Source: Cloacimonetes bacterium UBA5210
GTDB taxonomy: Bacteria; Cloacimonadota; Cloacimonadia; Cloacimonadales; Cloacimonadaceae
Direction: 5' to 3'
Assembly: GCA_002412625.1 (NCBI GenBank)
Contig: DHVK01000012.1
Location: forward strand, 30,145 to 94,144
Length of the DNA: 64,000 nucleotides
The notes under the pieces are model-generated. The model saw nothing but the letters and a program-made list of their open reading frames with translations. It was not told where the DNA came from and did no database searches. Of the stretch, positions 11,139-22,253 are shown one piece after another. Numbering within the stretch: the first letter of the stretch is position 1; each line of letters opens with the position of its first letter. Position numbers and translations under genes: made by a program.

Positions 11139-12388
11139 AGAGCCAGGTCGCCCATGCCGGGCAGCAGCAGTTCTTTCAGCGAAAAGCCTTCACCATACTT
11201 CAGCATCGCCAGATAATATAAGCCGTAGCAAACATAGGAAATGGTGGATGCCAGCGCGGCGCCTAAGTTCTGCCAGAGGGGGATGAAGAAGAAATTCAGG
11301 ATGATGTTGATCAACAGGCAGCCCAGTGTGATGCGCAAATGGACCTTTGGCCTGCCGGAGCTGAAGAACCAAGGAGATACAATCTTGGGAATGCAGGCAA
11401 ACAGCACTCCCGGAATGAGCAGCAACATGATCTGCGTTCCGGCTGCGTAGGGCTTGCCATACACATAGGGGATCAGGAAGCTTCCCGGAATGGCGATCAG
11501 ACAGAGCGCCAGGCAGATGGCCATGCAGATGCGGGTTGTGCTAGCCAAAAGGGTTCTGCCGCTGTCACCTTCTGCCAGGTTGTACAGCCTTCCGGTGAGC
11601 GCGGTGTTGATCGAAAGCGGCAAAAGGAAGAGCAGTTCCGCGATGGTCACTGCGATGGTATATACGCCCAAGTCCGCAGAACCCAGATATTGCTTGATCA
11701 TGATCTGATCTGCCCGATAGTGCAAGAAGGCAAACAGGGTGGAAGCCCAGGCTACTCCGCCATAGGCAAACTCCGCTTTCAGGATGCGGGTGGAGATGCG
11801 GGCAAGGTAGCTTTCCTTCAGCTTGATCTGGATCAGAATGAACCACAGAAGCAAGGAAACCACAGTGATCAGAAAGAATGAATTGACCGTCAACACACCC
11901 CAGAGCCAGAGCAGCAGGATGGTTCCGCTTTTCAGGAAGAAAGAGACCAGCCCGATCTGATTGTTCAGAATGATCTTCTCATCCCCGGTCAGCCAAGCCT
12001 GATGATGGCCGATGAAGAGATACGAGACCATCAGCACCAGGCCGCCCACAATCATGAACCAGCTGTAGTTTGCCAGCAGCAGGCCGTATGACCTCAGCAG
12101 GACGATGATCCCGGCGGTTGCCAGGGTCATCAGCGCGAGCGTGTTCACATTGCTGCTATAGATAGCCACCCGGTCGAAGCCGCTTTTCTTCTGATAAAAG
12201 GCCACGGCGGAGGTGATGCCCAGATGCCCGAAATTGCCCAACAGGGTGAAGATCAGGATGAGGTATGCAATGTATCCCTGTCCGGCGGGACCCAATGCCC
12301 GCGCCACCAGGATGCCGGTAAGCATCCCAAACACAATCTTCAGGATCTGTGTGAAGAGATTGTGCCCGATGTTTTTGGTATAGCCCAT
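11114..12388 (-). CDS. Polysaccharide/oligosaccharide flippase (Wzx/MOP superfamily)
   Basis: 424 aa with about 12-14 predicted TM helices. The pattern is typical of polysaccharide biosynthesis proteins, and the gene sits next to glycan-synthesis genes. Confidence 0.7.
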   Translation of the reverse strand: MGYTKNIGHNLFTQILKIVFGMLTGILVARALGPAGQGYIAYLILIFTLLGNFGHLGITSAVAFYQKKSGFDRVAIYSSNVNTLALMTLATAGIIVLLRSYGLLLANYSWFMIVGGLVLMVSYLFIGHHQAWLTGDEKIILNNQIGLVSFFLKSGTILLLWLWGVLTVNSFFLITVVSLLLWFILIQIKLKESYLARISTRILKAEFAYGGVAWASTLFAFLHYRADQIMIKQYLGSADLGVYTIAVTIAELLFLLPLSINTALTGRLYNLAEGDSGRTLLASTTRICMAICLALCLIAIPGSFLIPYVYGKPYAAGTQIMLLLIPGVLFACIPKIVSPWFFSSGRPKVHLRITLGCLLINIILNFFFIPLWQNLGAALASTISYVCYGLYYLAMLKYGEGFSLKELLLPGMGDLALWKRIRKQ

Positions 12389-13411
12389 CTAATCTTTGAA
12401 GATCTCGGCTTGCTCCGCTATGGGGCTCAGGCCCAGATGCTTATATGCTTTGAAGGTTACCTTTCTGCCCTGTGTGGTGCGTTCCAGAAAGCCCTGCTGC
12501 ACCAGATAGGGCTCGAAGATCTCCTCGATCGTGCCGGCGTCTTCACCGATGGCCGTGGCAATGGTCTTGATCCCAACCGGACCGCCCCGGTAGTTCTCGA
12601 TGATGGTGCCCAGGATGCGCTTGTCCATCTCATCCAGCCCTGCGTGATCTACTTGCAGCATAGATAGTGCCGCAAGCGCGATGTCCAAAGTGATGATGCC
12701 GTCTCCGCGGATCTGGGCGTAATCCCGCACTCTTCGGAGCAGGCGGTTGGCGATGCGTGGTGTGCCCCTGCTACGGCGGGCGAGCTCCTTCACTCCATCT
12801 TCCTCAGCGCTCACATTCAGCAGCTTGGCAGAGCGTTTGATGATGCTCTCGATGGACGCTTGGTCATAATAGTCCAGCCTCAGCACGATGCCGAAGCGAT
12901 CCCGCAGAGGGGGAGTCAGCAAGCCGGCGCGGGTGGTGGCTCCGATCAGGGTGAAGGGTTCGATCGGAATCTTCAGTGTCCGGGAGGAGGGTCCGCTATC
13001 CAGGATGATTTCCATTTCGTAGTCTTCCATCGCGGGGTAGATATACTCTTCGATCACGTGGGAAAGGCGGTGGATTTCGTCAATAAACAGTGCTTCATGC
13101 CGCCCCAGGTTGGTCAATACTCCTGCCAGATCGGAGGGTTTTTCGATCACCGGTCCGCTGGAGACGGTGATATTCACCCCCATTTCGCGGGCAATGATGG
13201 TTGCCAGGGTGGTCTTGCCCAAGCCGGGAGGACCGTAGAACAGCACATGATCCAGGGGTTCTCCGCGCAGTCTTGCGGCTTGGATGCTGATGTCCAGGAG
13301 CTCTTTGATGTGGTCCTGCCCCACAAAGTCTTTCAGGGTGCGCGGTCTCAGGGCGCGGTCAAAATCCTTATCTTCGGTTTGCAGGACGGGGTTGTTAATC
13401 CGTTCCAGCAT
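12389..13411 (-). CDS. ruvB: Holliday junction branch-migration ATPase RuvB
   Basis: LRPRTLKDFVGQ, Walker A GPPGLGKTTLA, Walker B FIDEIHRL, and the C-terminal winged-helix region EPYLVQQGFLERT. Confidence 0.97.
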   Translation of the reverse strand: MLERINNPVLQTEDKDFDRALRPRTLKDFVGQDHIKELLDISIQAARLRGEPLDHVLFYGPPGLGKTTLATIIAREMGVNITVSSGPVIEKPSDLAGVLTNLGRHEALFIDEIHRLSHVIEEYIYPAMEDYEMEIILDSGPSSRTLKIPIEPFTLIGATTRAGLLTPPLRDRFGIVLRLDYYDQASIESIIKRSAKLLNVSAEEDGVKELARRSRGTPRIANRLLRRVRDYAQIRGDGIITLDIALAALSMLQVDHAGLDEMDKRILGTIIENYRGGPVGIKTIATAIGEDAGTIEEIFEPYLVQQGFLERTTQGRKVTFKAYKHLGLSPIAEQAEIFKD

Positions 13412-13412
13412 C

Positions 13413-13868
13413 TTATTTGTTCTTGGTTTGGGGGGGTATGATCAGCGGTTCATCCAGCTTGCGGATAAGGTTTGTCCCTTCCGGGATCAGCAATTGCCAG
13501 CCTTTGGTTTCGCCGCTTGCTTTGTGAGTAAGCAGCATGTGCATGGTGTCCCCGGCTAACCATTGCCGTTTGAAATTACCCAGTTGAATGCTCACGATCA
13601 CGGTTCTGGGGAATTTATCGTCGTGGCCCACTTCTTTGATGGCGATGGTGTGGATGGGGTGCGTCTCTGTGGAGATCACTTCCTCCGGGTTGGCTTCCAT
13701 CCAGGCGCGCAGGATGTATTCGTTGGCGCTGGATTTTTCCGCGGCGGTAACGAGCGGCTTGCTGCTGTCGTCCAAAATCAGTTTCTGCACATACACCCGT
13801 GGAATGGTGATTGCCAGCAGTGGCAAGGCCAAAAGCATAATGTACACAAGCGCAAGAATCTTTCTCAT
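13413..13868 (-). CDS. Hypothetical secreted protein
   Basis: N-terminal signal-like segment MRKILALVYIMLLALPLLA. I recognised no other motif. Confidence 0.5.
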   Translation of the reverse strand: MRKILALVYIMLLALPLLAITIPRVYVQKLILDDSSKPLVTAAEKSSANEYILRAWMEANPEEVISTETHPIHTIAIKEVGHDDKFPRTVIVSIQLGNFKRQWLAGDTMHMLLTHKASGETKGWQLLIPEGTNLIRKLDEPLIIPPQTKNK

Positions 13869-13881
13869 GTCTCCTCTCTTA

Positions 13882-14598
13882 TCAGTGCAGGTTTCCCAGC
13901 AATTTGCGGAACTGCAGATGCCACACCATCCAGACTGCTTCCCAAACGATGTGTTTGTTCATTTTGGATACTCCGTTGATGCGTTCAGTGAAGATAATCG
14001 GAATCTCTTTGATGCGAAATCCCTGTACCCAAGCCCGGAAGTTCATCTCGATCTGAAAGGCATAGCCGTCAGAGAGAATGCGATCCAGATTGATGCTTTC
14101 CAATACTTTGCGGTTGAAGCATTTGAAGCCTCCGGTGGGGTCTTTGATCGGCATTGAGGTGATAAAGCGCACATATTTGGAGGCAAAATAGCTGATGAGC
14201 AGGCGCCGGATGGGCCAGTTGACGATATTCACGCCGTTGGAATAGCGGGAACCAATCACCAGGTCATAGTTCTGCGCGGTCTCCAGCAAGCGTGGCACAT
14301 CCGCGGGATTGTGCGAGAAATCTGCATCCATCTCCATGATGAATTCAAAGCCGTTTTTCAGCGCATACTTGAAGCCAGTCACGTATGCCGAGCCGAGCCC
14401 CATCTTGCCGGGACGCTCGATCAGGTGAATCCGCGGTTCGCTTGCCATCTTGGCTTTCACCGCTTTGGCAGTACCGTCCGGGCTGTTATCGTCCAGCACC
14501 AGGATTTCCAGGTCAGCGGTGTCCCGCAAGAGAATGCCGAGCAGGCGATCGATGTTTTCCACCTCGTTATAGGTGGGAATAATGAGCAGAGCTTTCAT
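13882..14598 (-). CDS. GT2 family polyprenol-phosphate mannosyl/glycosyl transferase
   Basis: IIPTYNEVENI and VLDDNSPDGT (GT-A DxD region), with strong resemblance to dolichyl/polyprenyl-phosphate mannose synthases. Confidence 0.85.
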   Translation of the reverse strand: MKALLIIPTYNEVENIDRLLGILLRDTADLEILVLDDNSPDGTAKAVKAKMASEPRIHLIERPGKMGLGSAYVTGFKYALKNGFEFIMEMDADFSHNPADVPRLLETAQNYDLVIGSRYSNGVNIVNWPIRRLLISYFASKYVRFITSMPIKDPTGGFKCFNRKVLESINLDRILSDGYAFQIEMNFRAWVQGFRIKEIPIIFTERINGVSKMNKHIVWEAVWMVWHLQFRKLLGNLH

Positions 14599-15350
14599 TA
14601 CTTGTCCAGATTGTTCCTTAATAGTTGAGTTTCCGGCACGATCCGGAGCTGTTTGGCAGGGCTGCCAACCACGATCGCGGCTTCCTGAACATCTCGGGTG
14701 ACCACCGCTCCCGCGGCCACAGTGCCGTCTGTGCAGATCGTTCTTCCGGGCAGGATCGTAGCGTTCACGCCGATGCGCGCCCCGCTTTGCATGGTAATCC
14801 CCTTGAAGTGGTTGAAGCGTTCCTTGTCTCGTGCCATATAGTTGTCGTTACTCGTGGCCACACACGGCGCTACAAAGCAATAATCCGCGATTTTGGAATA
14901 GGCGGTGATGTAGCAGTTTGTTTCGAACTTGTTACGATCGCCGATTTCCACGAAATTCTCGATGGATACATTGCGGCCTACGATATTCAGATTCCCGATT
15001 TTCACGTTTTCACGGATGGTTGCGAGGTCCGCGATCAGATTGCGTTCGCCGATCTCACACTGGGCATAGATCACCACGTTTGCCCCGATCTGGCAGAAGC
15101 TTCCCACCCTTGCCGGTTCCAGGTTTTCGGGCACTTTGAAGATGCTGCGCGGAGAAGAGAGCGGCTTTTTACCGATGATCACGTTGTCATCGATGCGCAC
15201 GTTATCGCCGATGATGCTTCCGGCGTGGATCACCACATTGTGCCCGATCAGGCAGTTGCTGCCGATTTGCACATCTTCCATGATGATGGCGTTGAACCCG
15301 ATTTTGACCTCTACGCCCAAGCGAGCGCTACTATCTATATGCTGATTCAT
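14598..15350 (-). CDS. Left-handed beta-helix (hexapeptide-repeat) acyl/acetyltransferase
   Basis: Repeated [LIV]-G-x4 hexapeptides throughout (IGSNCLIGHNVVIHAGSIIGDNVRIDDNVIIG...). GGAGG RBS precedes the ATG at 15350, so the track start at 15425 is an extension. Confidence 0.85.
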   Translation of the reverse strand: MNQHIDSSARLGVEVKIGFNAIIMEDVQIGSNCLIGHNVVIHAGSIIGDNVRIDDNVIIGKKPLSSPRSIFKVPENLEPARVGSFCQIGANVVIYAQCEIGERNLIADLATIRENVKIGNLNIVGRNVSIENFVEIGDRNKFETNCYITAYSKIADYCFVAPCVATSNDNYMARDKERFNHFKGITMQSGARIGVNATILPGRTICTDGTVAAGAVVTRDVQEAAIVVGSPAKQLRIVPETQLLRNNLDK

Positions 15351-15442
15351 ATTACCTCCACTTATATAGAGCAAGTTTTTTCTCGACAAAGAATAAGGCA
15401 AGCAAAAAATGTGCCTAAGAAACACATTAGGAGCATTTTGGG

Positions 15443-16333
15443 ATGCAAGAGTGGATAGATCGACACAGACAGTATCTGGCCCTGGAAGGTAAAAGCCCCC
15501 GCACCCTGGATGGATATCAGCTTGATCTGCAGCAGCTTAAGCGCTTCCTGGAAGAGGCTTTCGGAGAGATCGAGCCTTCTCAAATTGGGGTGCTCCACAT
15601 CCGCGCTTTTCTGAAAATGCTCTCTGAACAACCGGATTGCAACAGAACTCTGGGCAGAAAAATCGCCGCCCTGGGATCTTGGTTCAAATTCCTCAAACGC
15701 GTAGGATGCATCCCGGACAATCCCATGCGCAAGATCCGGCGCCCCAAATTCGAAAAAAAACTGCCCAAAGTATTCAGTGAAGAGGAGATGAGCCTGCTGC
15801 TCCGGATACCCGATATCGACAGCATCTATGGCATCCGCAACCTCGCCATCATGGAAACGCTCTATAGCTGTGGCCTGCGCCTGATGGAACTGGCAAATCT
15901 GCGTTTGGACGACATTGACTATCATCGGAAGATCATCCGCGTGATCGGTAAAGGCAGCAAGGAACGGCGCATTCCGCTCGGTTCCAAAGCGCTGGAGGCA
16001 CTTCAGGAATACCTGAAGATCCGCCCGGCACTGCGGCGGGAGCATAGCTCAAACCGGGTGTTTCTGACCCGCAACGGCAAAGATTTTGACACCAAACAAC
16101 TAAATATCATCCTGATGCGCTACATCGATCTGATAGCAAGAGAAAAAGGCTATTCGCCTCACACCATCCGCCATTCATTCGCCACCCATCTGCTTTCCCG
16201 CGGGGCAAGTTTGCGCGCGATCCAAGAGCTTTTGGGGCATGCCGAGCTTTCCACCACTGAAATCTATACCCATGTGAGCCTGGAAGACATCAAGGACGCA
16301 TACGAAAAAGGGCATCCCCGCAGCGGCGAATAA
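15443..16333 (+). CDS. Tyrosine recombinase, XerC/XerD family
   Basis: N-terminal SAM-like domain plus a catalytic domain with ...GLRLMEL..., HTIRHSFATHLL, LLGHAELSTTEIYTHV (R..HxxR..Y signature). Host-like GC. Confidence 0.9.
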   Translation: MQEWIDRHRQYLALEGKSPRTLDGYQLDLQQLKRFLEEAFGEIEPSQIGVLHIRAFLKMLSEQPDCNRTLGRKIAALGSWFKFLKRVGCIPDNPMRKIRRPKFEKKLPKVFSEEEMSLLLRIPDIDSIYGIRNLAIMETLYSCGLRLMELANLRLDDIDYHRKIIRVIGKGSKERRIPLGSKALEALQEYLKIRPALRREHSSNRVFLTRNGKDFDTKQLNIILMRYIDLIAREKGYSPHTIRHSFATHLLSRGASLRAIQELLGHAELSTTEIYTHVSLEDIKDAYEKGHPRSGE

Positions 16334-16384
16334 ACACTCAGCAGCATCCCCGCAGCAGCCGAACTTCATTGCCTGGCGCGTGCT

Positions 16385-16470
16385 AAAGCTGATATTAAGG
16401 CCTTATTAAGCTATGACCACAGCACGATAACAGCCTAAGATCAGCTTAATGCTGCTTTCATGAATCCGGC
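16385..16470 (+). repeat. Dispersed structured intergenic repeat, copy C
   Basis: AAAGCTGATATTAAGG..TTATTAAGCTATGACCACAGCACGATAACAGC..GATCAGCTT..TTTCATGAATCCGG. Confidence 0.8.
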
Positions 16471-16598
16471 GTGGGTGCCGCAAGCCAAGGCTCAGCACCA
16501 AGATTTTCCTTTACAAATCTCCCTGCAAACTCAAGCTTGAACGGTGGTCAATTACAGATTTTCAGGCCCCGCAAATACATGCCCGATGGTGGAATATT

Positions 16599-19358
16599 AT
16601 GAAAGAAAAGCTATATTTAATCGATGGTACCGCGCTATTGTATCGCGCTTACTTCGCCTTTATCCGCAACCCGCTGATCAACAGCAAAGGTGAAAACACT
16701 TCCGCCATCTTTGGGGTGCTAAACTCCTTCATCACGCTGGTCGATAAAATGGATGCAAAGCATGTAGCCATCGCTTTCGACCGCAAAGCGCCTACTTTTC
16801 GGCACCGGGATTATGAAGAATATAAGGCAAACCGGCCTCCCATGCCGGATGATATGCAAGCGCAAATCGCGCCGGTGATGGAGTTTTTTGAAATCATCAA
16901 AGTGCCTCAGATCGGAGCAGATGGGTATGAAGCGGATGACGCTCTGGGGACGATGGGTGAAAGATTCAGGAAAGAATTCGACATCGTATATGTGACCAGC
17001 GACAAAGACTATTGTCAGCTGATCTCAGACGGCAGCGTGCTCTATGACCCGATGAAGGATAACACCATGGATTCTGAGGCGGTGATCAAGAAATATGGCA
17101 TTCACCCGGATCAGTTCATCGATTATCTGGCTTTGATGGGGGATAGCTCAGACAATATTCCCGGGGTCCGCGGGATCGGTCCGGTGGCGGCGCAAAAGCT
17201 TTTGGAACAATACGGCAGCTTGCAGGAAATCTATGCCAAAATCGAAGAGGTGGACCCCAAATATCGCAAGAAATTGGAAGAAAACAAAGCTAACGCCTTC
17301 CTCTCCCAATATCTGGCCCGCATCGTGCTGGATGCCGATGTGGAATTGCCTGCTTCGGAGGATTTACGCTTCGACCCGGCTCTTCTGGGCAAAGCGCTGC
17401 CTCTGCTGAAACGCTATGAGATCAGCAGCCTCCAACGCAAGATCGAAGCGCGCATGAAGGCCACTTCCGCAAGCCCGGAGCCCGAACCGGAACAGGCGGA
17501 TATCTTCGAGACTGCCACGCCCAAGCCTGAACCTGTAGTGGAAAGCCCTGCTCCCGTGGCACCGTTCAAGGCAATCCTGGTTAGCCCGGAGATTCTGGAT
17601 GGCCTGCTGCAAGATCTGGCACTTCACAAAGAGATCAGTCTGGATACCGAGACCGATTCGCTGGATGCCAGAAACGCCAACCTGGCAGGGATATCCCTTT
17701 GTTTTGACGCAAGTACCGCATACTACATCCCTGTGGGGCATCAGATGGCGGATAACCTGCCGCTGCAGGAGACCTTGGATAGGCTCTTCAAAGCACTGAA
17801 CGGGAAGGAGATCATCGGACACAACCTGAAGTATGACTTCCTGGTGCTGGCGCGCTATGGGATGGCGATTCCGGAGCATTTCTTCGATACCATGATCGCC
17901 GCATATATCCTTGATGCTGCCAGTTTTGGCTATTCTCTGGACGATTGCGCGCTAAAAGAACTGGACTACCGCATGATGCCGATCACAAAGCTTATCGGGA
18001 AGGGGCAGAAGCAGATCACTTTTGACCTGGTGAGCCCCCAGGACGCCTGTTTCTACGCCGCGGAAGATGCCTGGGCGGCATATCAGCTGAGCAGCATCTA
18101 CAAGCACCAGCTGCGGCAGAGCCCCGCCCGCGATGTGTATTACGATCTGGATCTTCCGCTGTTACCGGTCCTGATGAATATGGAAGACAATGGGGTCAGC
18201 ATCGATGAAAAGATCCTGGCATCCATCTCGCATCATCTGAATCTGCAGATAAAGCAGCTCAGTGAAGAGCTGTTTGAGGCTGCGGGATATGAGTTTAACC
18301 TCAATAGTACACAGCAATTGGCGAAACTGCTGTTTGAAGACCTGGCTTTGCCCTCGAAGAAGAAGACGAAGAGCGGATACTCCACGGATAATAGCGTGCT
18401 GGAGGCTTTGGCGGAAGAATATGAGATTGCGGGGAAGATCATCGAGTATCGGCAGATGGTGAAGCTGGAAAACACCTATGTGAGCGCGCTGCCCAAGCTG
18501 GTGAATCCGCATAGCGGGCGCATCCACTCCTCCTTCAACCAATGCGTGGCTTCCACCGGGCGCTTGTCTTCCACAAATCCAAACTTGCAGAATATCCCGG
18601 TGCGCACCAAGATTGGACGGGAGATTCGCAAGGCATTTGTGGCAAAAGATGATTCCCGCCTGATCCTGGCGGCGGATTATTCACAAATCGAGCTGCGCCT
18701 GCTGGCACTGATGTCCGGGGATCAGGTGCTGATTCAGGCCTTCAAGGATGGGGTGGATATTCATCGGCAGACTGCTGCCCAGATCAATGGCATCAGCATC
18801 GAAGAAGTGAGTTCAGATCAGCGCCGGGCGGCGAAGACGATCAACTTCGGGCTGCTGTATGGCATGGGGCAGAGGAAACTGGCTCGCGAGCTTAGTATCT
18901 CGCAGACGCAGGCTAAGACCATGATCGAGAGCTATTTCGCGCAGTTTCCTTCTATTCGGGATTATCGGGCAAGCTGCATCGCGCAAGCCAAAGCGGAAGG
19001 GCAGGTGCGGACGATGTTTGGGCGTGTGCTGGAGCTTCCCGGGATTTTCAGCAAAAACAAGGGGATTCAGAGCGAAGCGGAACGCGTGGCGGTGAATATG
19101 CCGATTCAAGGCAGCGCTGCGGACCTCATCAAGCGGGCGATGCTGGCGATATTCCGGCAGATTGAGCACGACGGGCGCATCAAGATGATCATGCAAGTGC
19201 ACGATGAACTGGTGTTTGAAGTGCAGAAGGATTTCATCGAAGAAGCGACCGCGCTGGTGAAGCACGCCATGGAAAATGCGATGCCGGAAGAGCATCGCAA
19301 AATGGTGGAACTGGCTGTGGACGCGGGAATCGGGAAAAACTGGTATGAGGCCCACTAG
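16599..19358 (+). CDS. polA: DNA polymerase I
   Basis: 5'-nuclease domain (LIDGTALLYRAYFA), 3'-5' exonuclease region (SLDTETDSL) and polymerase motifs (DYSQIELR, RRAAKTINFGLLYG, QVHDELVFE). Confidence 0.98.
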   Translation: MKEKLYLIDGTALLYRAYFAFIRNPLINSKGENTSAIFGVLNSFITLVDKMDAKHVAIAFDRKAPTFRHRDYEEYKANRPPMPDDMQAQIAPVMEFFEIIKVPQIGADGYEADDALGTMGERFRKEFDIVYVTSDKDYCQLISDGSVLYDPMKDNTMDSEAVIKKYGIHPDQFIDYLALMGDSSDNIPGVRGIGPVAAQKLLEQYGSLQEIYAKIEEVDPKYRKKLEENKANAFLSQYLARIVLDADVELPASEDLRFDPALLGKALPLLKRYEISSLQRKIEARMKATSASPEPEPEQADIFETATPKPEPVVESPAPVAPFKAILVSPEILDGLLQDLALHKEISLDTETDSLDARNANLAGISLCFDASTAYYIPVGHQMADNLPLQETLDRLFKALNGKEIIGHNLKYDFLVLARYGMAIPEHFFDTMIAAYILDAASFGYSLDDCALKELDYRMMPITKLIGKGQKQITFDLVSPQDACFYAAEDAWAAYQLSSIYKHQLRQSPARDVYYDLDLPLLPVLMNMEDNGVSIDEKILASISHHLNLQIKQLSEELFEAAGYEFNLNSTQQLAKLLFEDLALPSKKKTKSGYSTDNSVLEALAEEYEIAGKIIEYRQMVKLENTYVSALPKLVNPHSGRIHSSFNQCVASTGRLSSTNPNLQNIPVRTKIGREIRKAFVAKDDSRLILAADYSQIELRLLALMSGDQVLIQAFKDGVDIHRQTAAQINGISIEEVSSDQRRAAKTINFGLLYGMGQRKLARELSISQTQAKTMIESYFAQFPSIRDYRASCIAQAKAEGQVRTMFGRVLELPGIFSKNKGIQSEAERVAVNMPIQGSAADLIKRAMLAIFRQIEHDGRIKMIMQVHDELVFEVQKDFIEEATALVKHAMENAMPEEHRKMVELAVDAGIGKNWYEAH

Positions 19359-20059
19359 GAGTGGTGCTTCATGCGCTCCAAGAGGTGTGAACGGCGGCTG
19401 ATCCGATAGAGCCAAAAGACCACGAAAGCGATCAGAACCAAGCCGATGAAGCCGATCACGAACACGAACCAGGGTAGTTCTTTGCGGAATTCGGCGGTCA
19501 TGAATTCGTGAGTATTCCACATCTTGGCGGTGTCGTAAGTCCAGGTGAGGGTCTTGCCTTTGATGTCCACATTGCTGTGGATGGCGTTTGTATCCACAAT
19601 CTTCCAGGGAGCATGCAATTTGTAGCGCCAGACCGGGTGCGTTCCCTGGATTTGGCTGAAATAGCTTTCCAAATCATCATCATCTTCCTGGCTTCCCAAG
19701 GCGATTCGGCGTTTGAAGGTGATGCGGCGTCCGGGCTCTTTGTTCAGGGTAATCTTGCCCCAGAAATCCGCGGCACCGAGCTGGTCGTTGACGTTGTTGA
19801 AAGCTTCCACACTCTTGAATTTGAATACGATATCGTAGATGACGTCCTGGCCTTGACGCTGGACTTTGTAGCTTTCGAGGGTGATTCCGGGCAGGTTCCC
19901 TTTGCGGAGGATTTCTTCCGTATTTTCGTAGGGTGAGCGGTTGATTAGGCGCATTTTGGCCTTGCCTGAGCCGTCTCTATGCAGCCAGAGCTCTTCTTCA
20001 TAGTGCACGCATCCAAATAGCGATAGCATCGCCAGAATGCAGATTGCAAGCCGTTTCAT
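19355..20059 (-). CDS. Hypothetical lipoprotein with C-terminal TM anchor
   Basis: Lipobox MLSLFGC at the N-terminus and a TM helix LPWFVFVIGFIGLVLIAFVVFWLY near the C-terminus. Its 3' end overlaps the polA stop by 4 nt (convergent). Confidence 0.6.
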   Translation of the reverse strand: MKRLAICILAMLSLFGCVHYEEELWLHRDGSGKAKMRLINRSPYENTEEILRKGNLPGITLESYKVQRQGQDVIYDIVFKFKSVEAFNNVNDQLGAADFWGKITLNKEPGRRITFKRRIALGSQEDDDDLESYFSQIQGTHPVWRYKLHAPWKIVDTNAIHSNVDIKGKTLTWTYDTAKMWNTHEFMTAEFRKELPWFVFVIGFIGLVLIAFVVFWLYRISRRSHLLERMKHHS

Positions 20060-20180
20060 CTGATATCCATCCTCACAAGGGTGTTATTATTACCCAAAAT
20101 AGGAATATGCTACTTTTGGCAAGCTTTTTTTAAATTGGTAGTAAAGGTTTGTTCTCTCTCTACGTGGCATATAGTTGTGC

Positions 20181-22244
20181 TTACTCCGGATTGCTGAGCG
20201 CAAGCTTGATTTTGTCTTGCAGCTCCTGGCGGGTGAAGGGTTTGTGTAAGAAGGGGATACTGGGGTCCAAATCACCATGGCGGTTGATCACGGATTCGGT
20301 ATATCCGGACATCAGCATGAGCTTCATTTCGGGGTGTTTGAAGCGGATAATCGCTGCTAATTCCAGCCCGCTCAGGCCGGGCATCACGACGTCTGAGATC
20401 ACCAGCCTGGGCCTCAGACCTTCGTCCTCAATCATGTTCAAGGCCCTGTCCGCGGTATCCGCAAGCAGAACGCTGTAGCCCATTTTCTGGATCATCTTTC
20501 CGCTGAGATCGGAGATAGAGGGGTCGTCTTCCACGATTAGTACCAGTTCTTTGTTCCCTTCTGTTTGCGGCTGGATGATCTTTTCCTGCTTTTCCTGCGC
20601 TACGCCCCGGGCTGCGGGGATCATGATGACGAAAGAAGCGCCTTTGCCGGGCTTGCTATCCACGTGAATATGTCCCTCAGCTTGCCTCACGATTCCATAT
20701 ACTGTGGGCAGACCAAGACCGGTGCCATGCCCTTTGGCTTTGGTGGTAAAGAATGGTTCAAAGATATGTTCCATAATGCCTTTAGTCATGCCGCATCCGG
20801 TATCGCTGATTCTCAGAACGGCATATCTATCCGCTTCGATCATCGGGTGGCGGGAGATGAACATGGCGTCCGCGTCAAAGCTGAAAGTGACGATCTGCAG
20901 CTTGCCGCCCATTTGCATTGCTTCGCGCGCATTGATTACCAGGTTCATGATCACCTGTTCAATCTGGCCAACGTCCGCCATGACCATTGGTACGTCTTCT
21001 CCGAGATCAAGCGTGAAATCGATATCTTCACCGATCAGGCGCATCAGCATTTTGGAGAGGTTGCTGATGGTCTCGTTGATGCTAAGCAATTGCGGCTTGA
21101 TCACCTGTTTCCGGCTGAAGGTAAGTAACTGCCGGGTGAGGCTGGAAGCCCGTTGACCGGCGTTGATGATCTCCTGAATGTCCAGCCGCAAGGGGTCTTT
21201 ATCGTGCAGGTTGTTCATGATCTCTTCAGAGTAGCCCAGGATCACGGTCAGGATGTTATTGAAGTCATGCGCCACTCCTCCGGCGAGTTGGCCGATGGAA
21301 TCCAGCTTTTGGGCCTGGCGCAGTTGCGAGGTTAGCTCTTGCTGGCGGATTTCCGCTTCTTTGCGTTCGGTAACATCCTGAAAGGTGCCTACTACTCTGC
21401 GGATCTTGCCCTCTTCCCACAGTGCTTCAGCGCTTGCCCGGATGAATATCTTGCGCCCTTTCTGGGTGTTATACCAAGTCTCAATCTTGTACGGGGTGCC
21501 GTTTTTAACTATCTCCTGCATCGCCGTCTGCAGCTTTTCCCGGGAGTCGTCCGGGTAGCCCTCCATGCTGATGGCCACTAATTCTTCGTCGGGCATGTCC
21601 GGTTCAAGGTCATGCAGGTGATACATTTCTTCGGTCCAAAAAATGCGCTTTGTATCCAGATCATATTCCCATCCGCCAAGTTTGCTGAGTGCCTGAGTAG
21701 CTTTCAGCAGGTCTTGACTTCTCTGCAGCGCTTCAATCGCCTTTTTGCGTTCGTTTACTTCCATTTCCATTTCCAACATCTTATCTTCAAGCTTGCGCAC
21801 CAGGCGCTCGTTGTATAGTTTCAGTACCGTTTCGTCGGGGTGAATCTCCAGCTGGTCGGAGCCAATGCCGGCCTTGTGTTTTTCCATCACTTGTTCTACT
21901 CTGCGCACAAACATGTCCGGGTCACAGGGCTTGATGATGAAGTCATCGGCGCCGATCTTTCGAGCCAGAATCTCGTCCTGATCACCCTTATAAGTAGCGG
22001 TATAGACAATGAAGGGAATGTGGCGGTATTGGGGATTACGGCGAATTTCCCGGCACAGCGCAAAGCCATCCATCACCGGCATCAGGATATCGCTGATGAC
22101 GAGGTCAATAGCTTCCGTTTTTAGGATGTTCAGAGCCTCTCGACCGTTTTTAGCGTCGAATATTATATTATCACCTGCTCCCATTAGGCTTTGCAGCAAG
22201 TAGAGGTTGTCTGATTGATCGTCCACATTCAGGATTCTCATCAC
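20181..22244 (-). CDS. Hybrid sensor histidine kinase/response regulator (REC-PAS-HisKA-HATPase-REC)
   Basis: N-terminal REC ([14 protein letters not shown]), PAS-like segment, H-box [16 protein letters not shown], HATPase ([21 protein letters not shown]) and C-terminal REC ([13 protein letters not shown]). Confidence 0.92.
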   Translation of the reverse strand: MMRILNVDDQSDNLYLLQSLMGAGDNIIFDAKNGREALNILKTEAIDLVISDILMPVMDGFALCREIRRNPQYRHIPFIVYTATYKGDQDEILARKIGADDFIIKPCDPDMFVRRVEQVMEKHKAGIGSDQLEIHPDETVLKLYNERLVRKLEDKMLEMEMEVNERKKAIEALQRSQDLLKATQALSKLGGWEYDLDTKRIFWTEEMYHLHDLEPDMPDEELVAISMEGYPDDSREKLQTAMQEIVKNGTPYKIETWYNTQKGRKIFIRASAEALWEEGKIRRVVGTFQDVTERKEAEIRQQELTSQLRQAQKLDSIGQLAGGVAHDFNNILTVILGYSEEIMNNLHDKDPLRLDIQEIINAGQRASSLTRQLLTFSRKQVIKPQLLSINETISNLSKMLMRLIGEDIDFTLDLGEDVPMVMADVGQIEQVIMNLVINAREAMQMGGKLQIVTFSFDADAMFISRHPMIEADRYAVLRISDTGCGMTKGIMEHIFEPFFTTKAKGHGTGLGLPTVYGIVRQAEGHIHVDSKPGKGASFVIMIPAARGVAQEKQEKIIQPQTEGNKELVLIVEDDPSISDLSGKMIQKMGYSVLLADTADRALNMIEDEGLRPRLVISDVVMPGLSGLELAAIIRFKHPEMKLMLMSGYTESVINRHGDLDPSIPFLHKPFTRQELQDKIKLALSNPE

Positions 22245-22253
22245 TGCTCCTTA

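Noticed and set aside
14625-16045. Long ORFs 14625-15458 (+) and 15362-16045 (-), antisense to the hexapeptide transferase and xer genes
   Set aside because: Both oppose genes with clear family signatures. They have no RBS or motifs and look like shadow ORFs.
15443-16333. Xer-type tyrosine recombinase as the integrase of the island or prophage
   Set aside because: It lies 21 kb from the island border, has backbone composition and sits among housekeeping genes. It looks like the chromosomal dimer-resolution XerC/XerD.
18813-19520. 235-aa minus-strand ORF overlapping the polA 3' end
   Set aside because: It is antisense to the conserved polymerase motifs of polA. It is His/Arg/Leu-rich with shadow composition.
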